A DNA stretch of 62,710 nucleotides, the filler included, from Bipalium vagum (lineage: Eukaryota): NCBI GenBank assembly GCA_037834085.1. It is 3 parts of 3 records of this genome, joined end to end, with 100 filler letters (N's around TTAATTAATTAA, not from the genome) between each part and the next. Parts side by side here need not be neighbours in the genome. Positions count along the whole stretch, not along the records: positions 19,633 to 47,037 come from JBBMKC010090414.1; 2 more parts are not named here. One strand, 5' to 3'. The position numbers and the translations under genes are program-made. How positions within the stretch are numbered: the stretch's first letter is position 1; every line of letters starts with the position of its first letter. The notes beneath the pieces were generated by a model, which ran no database searches, was not told the origin of the DNA, and saw only the letters and a program-made list of their open reading frames with translations. Shown piece after piece: positions 25,451-38,215 of the stretch.

Positions 25451-28400
25451 AAAAGAATCAAATGATAAGCAATATGATTATCACTAAGTTAAATGTTCTA
25501 ATTGTTTTGTCTCTCTTTTGCTTAACCTTATTTTTCCTTTTTGAAGTTTGGAAGTTACCCTTGTGGAATATGAAAGACTGGCTTGAGTAGGATGACAATA
25601 AAGTATTTGCCAATCAATTGTACCGGTAAAATTCCCTCTGATAAGAACTACTTCTCAACCGACTAGTTTGGTGGGGCTATAAACAAGACAAAACACAGGA
25701 AATAAGTGAAAAAATAAAATATTAATTACTTGAATAGATTAGTTCTTATCGGTTTCAAAATTATTATTAGCACAACTGTCACAGTAACACTGGCAGTAAA
25801 ATTTCAGAGAAATAACTATCAATTTATTTCTGATTTTAATGCTCTTTTCATTATCAAATGACATCATATATATATAACGATATCATATATGTCATACGAA
25901 ATGAATAATAAAACTTTACATAACTGACATCATCTGACGTATATTTTCACGACAGTTATTACGCTACTCACGAGTACGCCAATTCGCTCCATTTACTCTA
26001 TGACATCATGTTTGAGTAGACTCATTGTGTAATTCGTTATGATTGACCTCTTTAAATCCAATAATAATTAAAATCCATTGATTAATCAATTTTGTAATTT
26101 ATTATTGTTATTAAGATTCCACGAGGCCCCAATTTAATATATTATCACTTTTCAGCTATTTCTCTATATTCTAGGACCTCAATTCATTAATTATTTTTAA
26201 TTACAACCTATTTAGCTGTTTCTTTTCAATCGTTTATTTATCTTGAAAATCCTTTAGTCAATAATATTTAACTTATTTATTTATTTATATTCTTCATACA
26301 AAGAACTTACATAAAATAAGCAGATTTGTTTGATCACCAAATAAAATAAATTACTTTTACCTGAAATTTTAAAATTTTAATCAACATAAAATAAAACATC
26401 AAATAAGATCAAATTGTCTGAAATCCAAATTAAATCAAACAAGAAGTTTTTTATATAAGCGATGCTAGTCAAATAAAATCTTGGCAAGATTTATACAATA
26501 GCCTAAATAGAGCCAATGATCTGAACATTTATTTCGCCGGTTCTCAAAGAACGCTCTACGACTTCATGTTTTTCATAATTTAGAATAATATTTATTTCTT
26601 TGTCTTTCTGTTCTGTGCATTTTCTTTGAAGTCTCTTTTTCTTTTAGCTTTGTGTATAGTTTGCAACATTAAAGTTTCATAATAATTTTAACACATTAAG
26701 AATCTAAAAGCTTCTTTCTGGACCCATCAACTAAAATTGATAGGCAGTCTTAAATTATATTGTTCCTATTATTTAAACTAGTGTTTCCATTACATATATT
26801 TTTGATGGATCCCAAATCCCAAAGATATAGATACAAAATAAATAATATTTCAAAGCAGGTTCTAAATAATTTTTGAAAAACAATTTCTGAAATCATAATG
26901 CAATAATAAAGATAATTATTTAATATTTGATAAAAACTAAATAATTTTTCCATTAATACTAATTTAAATGTAATATATGAATTTTAATTTCAGTCTAATA
27001 TTTAGAAATAATTAATATTTTCAAAAATAGAATTTAATATTTTCTGAGGTATTTAAATAATAATAATTGGCATAAATCGAAAAAAGTTAATAAATAATTT
27101 TTTTTGAGAAAATAATAAACGAATTGTTTTACTAAAATGTTCGCAAGGTCAAATAATCATTTGAACATTTTTGCCACTGCTTTGTTCGATGGTCGCATTC
27201 AATTATTGGTTTCCTGGTACAATGTAACTGGTTAAGAAATAATCAATTATGTACGGCGAATTTTTGGGACGTAAGAGAATTAGGGAGACCTGGAATCCAG
27301 TTGTGTACATTATGCAAATTATTGCATAACAATCTGTCGATCAGATTGTTGTGATAAGAATATTTCCATATATATATTTACTCAATGGATAATCACCTTT
27401 CAAAAGGGACTGATATTTAAGTAAGTTCTTGTTATTATGATCCAGAGGATTATAGTAGAGAAATGAAGATAATTCTTCTATCAGGTATTTATGTCCTGTG
27501 TAGCTCAACAGGTCTGATGATTATACTACGAATTATCTTTTGATATTTTTTGGAAAAATAATTAATTGAAACGTTTTAGAGCCCACCGAGGATCTACAGT
27601 GGTCGAGTTCAGATATTATCGTTTTTTGTTTGTTTAAATAAAAGTGAATTTTACGTCTTAGTTGTTTCAAAACTTTTTTACCATGAGCGAAATATGAAGC
27701 GGTTGGTATTTTAGTGTAACTAAAATAGAAACATAGGAACCTTATCAGCGCATTACTTGCGAAGATTAAGCTGATTTTGTAAGATTTTTCTGTTTATGAC
27801 ATGAAGTGAGCTGATTAATAAAAGATGAAAATGACAAAATAAAATGGTGATAAAATTTGGGTCGGCAAAAGTTAAAATGATTTTACATTGAAGTACGAAA
27901 GATGTGTTCTTTTCACTATTTTGTTTCAAATTCCAGATATGGTGACCTTATCAAGGTATAATTCAACCGAAGGTTAATTTCTTGTGGGCTCATAAGAAAG
28001 CTCTCAGTGGTTTTAGAGGTGTTCTGATAAAGGCTTTGTTCTTGTTGAGATATTGTTACAAGTCCAGATAGTCATGAGGAATGTAATGTTAATGAACGAT
28101 TTTAATTAACCATGGGTAATCCTGTAGTTTAGGTCCCTAACTTATAAAAAAGTTTAATTTTAAAAAACCTTTTAACTACTTATAATTGTAAGTAGTGTTT
28201 TATTAATATTTAATTATTATTAATTAAATTTTAAACCTTATTTTAATTTAGTATTAATTAGTATTTTTTAAAATGAAATAAATAATAAAAAACACAAAAA
28301 GTTTTTTATTCCCATGGATGATTATAAAAATTAATTATAATAAAGTTTAAAAACACTAACAATTATAAATAGCTGAAGAAAAAAATTTTTGATTTATCAT

Positions 28401-28799
28401 AATTATCCATGAGAATCATAAACCTTTTGTATTTTTAAAATTGGTTTGAAGATGGATAAGACAGTCTTGAATGTAACTAGAGGATGATTAGGGATGTATT
28501 CATGATCTCACCGATGGTTTTGTATTGCAATCGGTAGTGTAACTAAGCAGTCTCAGTTTCCAGATTTTGTTTTATTTGATCAGTCAACTTTGGCCAATCA
28601 TGATCACCCTTGTCTGATGTTTGTCTATTCGTTTGAACGAAAGCTGGTCTTCACTGAATGATCACTTACGCAGTGGTCATAAATGTCCTTCAAAACAACC
28701 AGAATGCTGTCGGTTGAGTTACAAATGGCAATGGCGTAGTCGTCCAGAGATAACATATTTCACTGTCCTTTACATTAGTATTGCTAGGACATCTGGTTC

Positions 28800-29260
28800 A
28801 AGCAAAAACACATTTTAAAGAATATTCAGAAAACACTTTTTTTAAACAAAAAAATTATTTTATTTACAATTAAACGTTTTTCTATGAGCTTTTAGAAGCC
28901 AGCAGTAGTCTGCCATTATGCTGACATTCCATCTGTCCTAATACCTTTTCTTCATAATGACTATGTGGTGGTGAAATCGTTCAACATGCTCCTCGATATA
29001 GGCTCAAAAGCTGCTAGAAAAATAATCCAGGTATGAGTTTTAAAAAGTGCATTCTTATACTCATTTGGCATCCTAGGACTTGAAAATCTTGGATCATATT
29101 CCAGACTAAATTGTCGTGATCATCCGACTTTCGGTTTCCTAAAAAATTATGAACTACCGGAACAAATGAATTTCAAGCATTTATCGGATTCAACTTGGAA
29201 GAAAAGTTTGTATCTTTAATTAATTGCTGAATTTGAGGACCTATGAAAATTCCCTCAATT
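28800..29260 (-). mobile_element. Chapaev3-like (CMC group) transposase 3' fragment
   Basis: GIFIGPQI, NFLGNRKS, LGCQMSIRMHFL, EEHVERFH, IMADYCWLL. Confidence 0.65.
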
Positions 29261-29392
29261 TTAAAGTATTTGGTTTCGATATCGGTATCGCTTTATAATA
29301 GTAACTTTCATCAATAAATTTCACTCTCGTAGACTTGGCTAACCCAACAAAAGCATCAGCTTTTTATCCCTATAAACTCTTGTAAAAGCATA

Positions 29393-30222
29393 TGTTAGAG
29401 ACCGCAATAGGGCCTGGATTAGTGATCATTATTATAAATTAATTATTAAGACCGCAAAAGGGTCAGAATTAAAATAATAATAAATTAATTAAAAAGTACA
29501 TTAAAACAAAAAGGGCAATTAATTATTATTTTAAAGGGATCTAATCTTGACAATGGCGAACCTAAATTGCCAAGATTAGATCAGGGTCCGCAAGGTGGGA
29601 CCGATTTAGAATTATCGAGCTAAAAGGAAATTGACATTCCCCATTGATAAAGCTGGTCTACAATTAATTGATCGTCTGACCGGAATAGTATATAAGGAGA
29701 TGGAATTCTCAGTGGATTGCCATAAAATTCTCTGAGAGAAAATTGCTCTTGTAACGACATTTTGCATCAGAAGCCACGAATTTTTCTTGGAGTTAGTAAT
29801 AATTCTTCATGCTCTCTCGGCGACAGGAGCTCACGAGTGGTCCTGTGCGGTTAGGGGGTTTCTGAGCGAACCAGGATGGGCTCAACAAACCACCCTTTTG
29901 ACATGTCGTCGTCACAACTTCACTTTCTCTTCTTGTTTTTTTAATTAATTAATTAACATCTGACATTTAATTATTTGATTGTTATTATTCGATTGATTAT
30001 TGCTATTTAACTTTTAGTGTGATTGATTTTAGAAAATTTGATTTCAGACTTTATCGATTATTTGATGCATTGTGTTTGTTATTGATATTATAGTAATAAA
30101 GTGTTGTTCATAGTTGTTTTGATTCATTCATTTGCGTGCATGTATTGATAAAAGTGAAGGCGTCAGTAAACCTTGCGAGCTAAGTGTTACGACAGTGTTC
30201 ATAGTAAAATGAGAGCGTAACA
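29393..30222 (+). mobile_element. LTR candidate (~830 bp)
   Basis: TGTTA...TAACA termini, TATATAA near 29690, AATAAA near 30096. No target-site duplication is visible. Confidence 0.5.
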
Positions 30223-30639
30223 CTTTTGATGGTTCAAAATCATAAAGTTCATCTTGTGTAAATTACTAATTTCGGTCGTCAGGTTTTTTTGATCTGCTGT
30301 GATGAAAGAACAAGAAACATAATCGTCAGGTTTATTCTTGCAGTTTCCTGACATTTTCAAAGAGTGCTCATTAATAAAGAATATCTAAACAAATTCATTA
30401 AATTTTATGGTAATTTATATTTAAATTTTTTCATGATCTCGACGTGCCACGGTTATAATTTATATGCCAAAGCTCATGATTTTAAAAGTACTTTCAGAAC
30501 AATACACCTCCGATACAAAAAGTGCTATAGACCAGTAATCCATCAATGAAACGATATTGAAGTAAAAATTCAATGTATAATTTAAATGGAAAATATAAAA
30601 GAAAAATTAAAAATTAAGAATAAAAGTAAAATCGATAAT

Positions 30640-31542
30640 ATCCTCAATAAGAGCGTCAATGGATTCGCCCGGTCGTCCTCAAAGTCATTTTCAGGTCAGC
30701 TATGGATTCCCAAGCTCACTGAATGAGGGTTAGGGAATTGTTAAATCGATTTGCATCATCCTTAGGAAAATAAAAGGGAATTACTGGAATTGAAATTGGC
30801 CTCGGCTAAGAAAATCTTCATTGAATAATTGAAGTCTTCTTCTTCAAATCTTTTTCAGCAACAAAGAAAAAAAATCCTTGTCTAAAATTCGGTTGCGCTT
30901 TACTATTTGGTACATTAAAAAAAAATATTATGAAATCGTTGTGTAATTTAAAATTGTTCCATATAATTTTAAAAATAATAAAACAAATTAGTAATAAAAC
31001 AATTTTTTTGTTTGAATTTGTTATGGCAAACCGAAGTACTATAAAGGACGGAACATCAAAGGTCATTGGGTATTATGGATGGTTGCCGATGGTAGCAATG
31101 ATCTCCGTCTTGTTGTTTTACTTGACAAAAACCGAGATTTTGACCATCTAATCCCTAATATAATTGAACAGGTGGCTCGTGGTTCAATTATCCACACCGA
31201 TTATTGGAAAAGCTATGATTGCCTTCCTCAGTTTGGATACCAGCATAAGAAGGTTAATCATAGTGACAAGAAGCATCAGTTTAAAAGTAATCTTTTTTCA
31301 TTAATAGTTTTCTTCATTTTCATTAACATTTTTTAAATGCTGAAGGAATCCACACAAACCGAATTGAATCAATGCCTCGAAGAGTACGGGCAATCATAAA
31401 TTCGAGAGGTTATGCCACAAAATATTGACTATTTAGTGATATTGTGTATGAGTTAATAAAGTATTTTGTAGTATGTGCCTTCAATTTTGAAATATAAGTA
31501 AAATTCATAAAAAATTAGGGGAGTGAACGTACTTAATTCGCC
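30640..31542 (+). mobile_element. Merlin (IS1595/ISXO2-like) DNA transposon remnant
   Basis: GKPKYYKGR...WVL, LIPNIIEQVARGSIIHTDYWKSY, HKKVNHS, GIHTNRIES. Probable right end ...GAACGTACTTAATTCGCC. Confidence 0.8.
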
Positions 31543-32421
31543 TACTGTATGTTATTTTTTGTCGTTAATTATTAAAATATACACAAGATTTTTAGAATTA
31601 TTTTTAGGTACCACATTATTTTAGTTGACCATTTTAAAATTATATTGTGATTACGTAACTGTGTTTTTTTTTAAATGTACTAAATAGTAAAACGCAACCA
31701 AAATTTCTTCGTAAATCAAAGTAAATATCTTTTTGGGCAATTTCTGGAGATAGCCGTCTCTCTATACAGTCGTAGAGATTGTTCTACGATCACCAATCTT
31801 CATTGATCGACGGCGAGATTCTGGTATTATTTTAATACTTTAAAAAGTTTTTATTTAAAATAATATTATTATTAGTAGTAATATTATATTATTAATCTTA
31901 TTATTATTATCACTCACGATCTGTACGGTTTGTGCCTTTGGCAAACTCAACAGAGATGACAATGTACAACATAAGTTTCTTTCATATTTTTTATATTAGG
32001 TGAAGATGTAGCAGAGATGTAAAAATAAGATCTTTTATTTCCCGGCACTTGAGAGTTTCTCAATGGAAAAAAGCATTCATCACCCATTCGTTGTTTTCAT
32101 AAAAATTTACGCTGCGCTCAGCAGCATATTTTATTTTGACAACATTCTTTTGTTGTAAAATGGTTTATTAAAACAACTTTTGCATAAATAATATTTAATC
32201 ACCATAGGAACGATAAAATGATTATAGTAATTTTTATATAAAAAAATTATTTATAAAATTAGAATGTGAAATGAGTCCAGATTTCATGTCCTTTTTTCCA
32301 TTCTTTCCCACTGCAAGATGAAGATCATAATAAATTAATTAATGATATTAAAGAAATCAATATTCAAATATTTTCAAGGTCGATCGATTTATTGATTAAT
32401 TTTCAAAAATAAAATTTCAAC

Positions 32422-33174
32422 ATGGAAGCCACTGAATACAGCATCATTACCGCACCCGTACCCGTCAACTCCGTTTGGTGGTTCAGCCTATCGATAGTTC
32501 AAAGAACGTTCCTCAGCGCCTTTCTCTTGTTTTACTTTGTTGGCACTTTGACTGTGACCGGCGCCATTTTTGTGGACCGTTTTTACGAATACAACTTAAC
32601 TCTGAAATCCATGCAGCTCAAGCGAAGCAGTAACACAGAGTTGATAATTCGCTATTTGGTTACCGTGAGAATAATCCACGGATTCTGGCGAGAGGATATC
32701 ACGCATGACTTCAATCAAACGAACAACGATCCTGCCAAGCTGGCCTACTTCAGCACGCACGCCGCTGTAGGCGTGGAGATTTGGAAAAACTGTCGCACCA
32801 TGTCCATCCGTGGAGGTCCTTGCCATGCAGCTGCAATTTTATGTTTGGTTCTGGGTATGATAACCCTATATTATCATTGTACCACAATAACCTTTTTCCG
32901 GATATTTATGATGATGAATGTGATGGGAGCAGCGATCATGGTGATGGTTGCGCTGGGGATGGAATACTCGGCTGCCAAAGAGTACGACTTTTGTGTGAAA
33001 AATATGATGCAGTCCGAGAGTGAAAAACGATTTGTGAGGGGTCGTTTCTTCAAACCGACATTAACCATCAACGGAATCAGCTTTTATTTGTTGCTGTTCG
33101 GTAACTTTGGTGTATTTTTGCCAATGTTAGTTCTCGGTTGCTATTTGATATTTTTTGACAGAAAAAATTTATAA
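32422..33174 (+). CDS. Four-transmembrane claudin/PMP22-superfamily-like protein, 250 aa, intronless
   Basis: Good start context (aacATGg) and GC above background. Four hydrophobic segments, a large first loop with GFW (cf. GLW) and two Cys, and GISFYL before TM4 (cf. GWSF). Confidence 0.7.
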   Translation: MEATEYSIITAPVPVNSVWWFSLSIVQRTFLSAFLLFYFVGTLTVTGAIFVDRFYEYNLTLKSMQLKRSSNTELIIRYLVTVRIIHGFWREDITHDFNQTNNDPAKLAYFSTHAAVGVEIWKNCRTMSIRGGPCHAAAILCLVLGMITLYYHCTTITFFRIFMMMNVMGAAIMVMVALGMEYSAAKEYDFCVKNMMQSESEKRFVRGRFFKPTLTINGISFYLLLFGNFGVFLPMLVLGCYLIFFDRKNL

Positions 33175-34894
33175 ATGATCGATTGGTGAAAGAGGAAAAG
33201 TTTTTAATCGATTTGTTGTTAAAAAGGCTAAAAAATTGGGGATAATCAATGAAAAGTAACTGTAAGGACTGTAGCATTTATTAATAGCACAATTTTGAAA
33301 ACTGTCGCTTCACCAATATCACTCAATTCAAACAAATCTTTTTTTATTTTAATCAATATATATATGTACAATTCGAAATCCATTTCGACTTAGGATTGTC
33401 CTTATACGAATAATGTGGGAAATATTTCCAAATATTGACCAATCAGTAATGGTTAATTGTTTTTGATATTATTTCTGATTGTGTAACTGCAGTGCGAAAA
33501 CCGATTTTTATTAATATTTTTTTGTGATATTTTTAACAAATTAAAATAATGATCAACTAAATATTTTTATTAATATTTATTGACAAGGTTGAGAGACCAA
33601 ACATTGACATTTGACCGATTCATAACATTCTTGCTCTGAGCTGACATAAACATAAATCTTCTCGGCACGCTGATCACAAAAACGAATACTTTCAATAGTG
33701 TAGAACATTTGGATTTCAAGCAAACTATTTTTAAAGGTTTTTTGATATTTATGGTAGTTTGAGACAATGAATATTAATTGAAATGAGAGAGCACACGGGG
33801 GATGCATCAATGACTCAAACTATTTCTGTCACACCTTTATGGAATATATCCTTAAGGATTACCGGAAAAGCATGACACCAGTTATAAAGATAGTTTTAGA
33901 ACATATTTCAACTTGAAATTAGGAGACCAGGATCAAATAATTGTTAAAAACTTACGCGATGTATACAGCTGTGTTATACGCAAGAGAACTTCATATATCG
34001 AGGTTTATCTGTATTTTTGTTTTACTATGTTCTACTACAACTGGAAGGGACTTCTAATATATGTACTGTTAGTTAAAAATATTTATTAAAAGTGGATTAT
34101 GATTATTCACCAGTGGAAGGTTATGAGGCGTTGTCGGAGTTTCCAAAGTATCTAGCGCACTCAGATACCTGCAATAATGCCGATAACCAAGTCGTATTTT
34201 CCCACATTTATTTGAATGGCAAGTTCTTGAACATCCAACCCAATATTCTTCGACAAATGTTCTCTTTTTTCGTTTTGGATGTGGATGACCGTCGAGAACG
34301 AATCACATTGGTGATTATAGAAGTGATTCGAACAATTAGTTTGCTTGAATTTATTAAAATGAGGACCTCACGCCTAAATTAACAATTATTAAATGTTTTT
34401 CATTCAAATTTTTAAAATTATAATGTTACGTTTTTTAAATATTTTAAAAAAATGTTGGGAAATTTAAAAAAAGTAAATAATTTAATTTTAAGAAAAGATG
34501 AGTTCTTGAGTTCTCCATGAACTGTTACAAATTTGCCAGTTTTTCGTTAATTATTGCATCAGAAGAAAACGTATTGATTATTACTATATCTGATTTGCTT
34601 TCATTATATTGGATATTAGTGACATTTTACGAATTGAGATCGATTTGTTTTTGTTGTGCTTAATTATTATTGCTTTGATTTTGAATTATTATTTAAAAAT
34701 GACTGCACAAGAATATAACTGTGATTGCTTGCCATTTGTTCTCTATAACATTTTCCGGGATTAGGAACAAGAAATTTCATTTCCTACACAAAATTTGATA
34801 GAGATAAGATGCTCAAGTTTTGGAAATCGTAGAATAATAAGAAATTCGAACGACTCAGCCATTTTCTGTGAACACACTTCCCCACAAACACCGT

Positions 34895-35000
34895 CTACAA
34901 TCCACTTTTCATCGCATGTTATGATACGATTAAAACGGACCCGCTTTCGTTCAATATATTTAACGGTGAAAAGTCGATCAAATTATCGATACGTTGAAAT
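34895..35000 (-). mobile_element. Short mariner fragment
   Basis: FNRIITCDEKWI on the minus strand. Confidence 0.6.
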
Positions 35001-36389
35001 GGGAAGAGATTTTTATTTTCCCTTTGCAAAAAATAAAAATATACCCCAGCTGAGTTCTGCAACCGTTGGAATTACCTGCTTCGTACTTTTATAAAGTAAT
35101 ATTACCATTTATTATTATAAAAGTATTCTTAGAATATTGTGACGATTATTATTAGATATTATTATTATTATATTGGTGTTGGCAGAGTGAAATGACTTGA
35201 GAACATGAACAGCATTCCTCTGGGGCCAAGGGAGGGGGAAATGTATCTCAACACTGCCAACTTGTTTCCAAGAAGTGGGGAAATATTTTTGCAAGTTTTC
35301 TATTGTTCCTCTTATGGATCAAATGCCAAAAGAGATTTCCAAAGGTTGGGTTTTATTATGAAGCCGGAGCCAAGCTTCCCCGGGCCTCATCTTTCAGCCA
35401 TGATTAAAACAAATATTTTTAATATGAATAAATATTTTCTCTCTGTAAAATGTCCAAGAAAACATTTTAAAGGTCCTTTGTGATTAAGCATAAAATAAAA
35501 TATTCTTTCCTCCAGTTATATAAAATAATTAATTCAATTTTAAATATTAAAAGTAATTAATTCAAAAATAATAATTTAAAAAAAATAATTAAAAAAAAAT
35601 ATTATGAAAAAATTATATTTGTATTTTTTTATTTTACAATTAATTTTAAAAATTAAAGTTTTCATTTTCATTGGGAAAATGGTTACCCTTATTACGAATG
35701 ATCCGTTGTCTGGAAGGGTAGGACCAACGGACTACCTTGCTTAACTTTGGTGGACGACCCTTTCTTTGATTATCTTCACATGGGAGACCAGCTTCGAACC
35801 AATTGTTGTTCGTGGAACAGTTTCTGGTTGGAAATGTCTAACGACACCAGATTTATTCATTTGTCCAAGCAGAAAAGACACCAGCCTCTTGGCCTATATT
35901 AACCTTTCTCGAATTCTCCCTGCTTCTTATGTGTCGACAGAAGATGGAGTGATCTGTAAACCTGTTTGGAAATGATTTTTAATTTCAAGATATTAAATCC
36001 TCCGTTGGCGAAATATTTTATAATATCGTTAGTCTCATTAATACCCTACAGACTGTAAGGCAAGACGAAAAATGCAAACAAGTCCAACCAAAGGGCTCAC
36101 TGCTCTCAGAGCACAGATTTAGGACGGGGGTCATACCGCATCACAAAAGTAAACAATTTAGAAAACTATTAAACGTAAGGAGTGAAATACAAAAATGGTT
36201 AAGAATCTGATGCTTTCAACTTTCAGTCAGGAAATGTGCTCTTTGACACAGAACAGTAAATAATGATCCGCCTCCCTTTTCACAAAAAGATTAATCAACA
36301 ATATAATATTCAGAAATAAAAATATAAATAAAATAAAGCGCTGATAATGTATTTAATGTAAATTGTCCTCATTAATGAGACCAACATTG

Positions 36390-37202
36390 TCAAGTGTAAA
36401 CCTTTATTGAGGACTCATCATAAACTCCGATAATCTCCAAGGACTTCCCTCCTTGTACATAATATAACCAACGTTCGCCCTCTCCATTGGTATTTACATA
36501 TAAAATCTGAGGAAAGATGAAACGAGTTCCATTAGGCCAATGCTGTCCATACGGGCACCAATCTGGCATACCCATCACAACAAACATCCCAGTATCTTTG
36601 TGACACCCTCCTTTATTATTCGTGTTAATATAAAAATTTCTCGAGAGGTCTTTCAAGCTTCTAAAGGCGAAGAAGCTAAATTTCTGTCTGCGTAAGTAAG
36701 AAATCTTCCAAGGAAAAGAATTTTTCAAGTTATTTTCGTTGAACCACGAAGTGACACTGTCCGTCCTGCTGACTTCGAACAGTAAATTGATCACTATTTC
36801 GTTTTTGTAATTTCTCACTGTGATGTTCATCAGTAAAGGTCGCAAAGTATTCCATTCATCAAGAAGTAAACTTCTGAAATTATCCCAGGATTTAGTGTTT
36901 ACGTACTCTCTATTCTTTCCAGATTCAAGGTAAAACCGGTATGGATCGAATCCACTTCCCGAAAACAGTCTATACAAAACTATTACGTTATCAACTCGTT
37001 TGTAGACCCTCAATCGCCGTGGTTGATATTGCGTGGAAATCTTCGTTGGGGATTGGTAGCATAGGCGATCGTTAACCATAATGAAATAGTCCGATTTACT
37101 CCTGCAACTGGAGACGGCGCACCGTAAATATTTTGAAGAATCGCTCATAATCAGACGAAAGCAGCATAATAAAATGATGGAAATGCTTTTGAATGTCCCC
37201 AT
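36390..37202 (-). CDS. Uncharacterised secreted protein, 270 aa, intronless
   Basis: Long ORF with first ATG at 37202. Signal-peptide-like MGTFKSISIILLCCFRLIMS, a short Cys-rich segment, then a domain with SWF...SFPW...RNFYIN...GGCHKDTG.FVV...CPY...PQILY. Confidence 0.75.
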   Translation of the reverse strand: MGTFKSISIILLCCFRLIMSDSSKYLRCAVSSCRSKSDYFIMVNDRLCYQSPTKISTQYQPRRLRVYKRVDNVIVLYRLFSGSGFDPYRFYLESGKNREYVNTKSWDNFRSLLLDEWNTLRPLLMNITVRNYKNEIVINLLFEVSRTDSVTSWFNENNLKNSFPWKISYLRRQKFSFFAFRSLKDLSRNFYINTNNKGGCHKDTGMFVVMGMPDWCPYGQHWPNGTRFIFPQILYVNTNGEGERWLYYVQGGKSLEIIGVYDESSIKVYT

Positions 37203-37759
37203 CAATGATAAATGAATTATTTTTTCGAATAATTTCAAACAGAAAAGTCAATAAAATTACCTCATTTAAACAAAGCACAGATTTTTCGGTAACATGTCCA
37301 AACATAGATAAAATAATGTTCGTAATCCCATTGTTTGTCTTTGGATATTTTTTTTGTTCTTTGATTTATTTTATTTATATATGTTAGAAATATTTTTATT
37401 TATTTTTATATTTCATTTTCTGACCTCAGCTTTTCATAATTTACAAAAATAAAATTCAGAAAAACTTCAATTGAAAAGTTTTCCTATTTTAAATGTTAAA
37501 TAATTTTAGGTTGGCCAATGGTCTTGCAACACTTTGAAAAGATTGCAAATCATTATTAAATCATTAATTAATCAATATATATGTATATATCCAGTCTGAT
37601 ACATTAAATTGTCCAGTACAAAAAATTCAACACTTTTTCATTTAAATAAATTTGTTTATATCAAGCATCAGGTTATTTATCGTTGTCAATTCTAATTTAA
37701 AGTTTTGTATATTGGTTTTCTTTCTTTTTCTCCAGCACACAAGCCCTTCCTTTCAAAGG

Positions 37760-37995
37760 CTAACAAAGCAGTGCGTTGGTTGTGGGCACAACAGCATCGC
37801 CAAACAAACTGGTCAACAATCATCTTCATTGTTTCAACAGCGGCTTAATAATGAAGGATATGTTGAGCTATTAGAACAGAACGTCCTTCCTTTCGTCGAT
37901 CAAATGAACAACTTAGAATTCTACAACCAAGACAATGCACCAAACCATACTGCCATATTTAGAAGAGATTGGTTCGATGATCATGACTTACCTTT
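37760..37995 (+). mobile_element. Tc1-like transposase fragment
   Basis: LNNEGYVELLEQNVLPF...QDNAPNHTA...DWF. Confidence 0.75.
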
Positions 37996-38215
37996 TTGTC
38001 ATCCAGATATACACATGAACCTTCCATTCCGTTGAGTATCTTAGTCATTAATTCTTGAAAGGTTCTCGGTGCTGCTGCTATTCCGAAAGGCATTCTGTTA
38101 AAACAATATTGGCTTGATTTTGTAGAGAATACTGTCTTCTGCTTCGATTCTTCTTCCACTTCTACCTTGTAATATGCATTCCCTAAATCAATAGAGTTGA
38201 CATACCTAGGCCTTT
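37996..38215 (-). mobile_element. Ty3/gypsy reverse transcriptase fragment
   Basis: SIDLGNAYY...KTVFST...YCFNRMPFGIAAAPRTFQELM...VYLDD. Confidence 0.85.
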
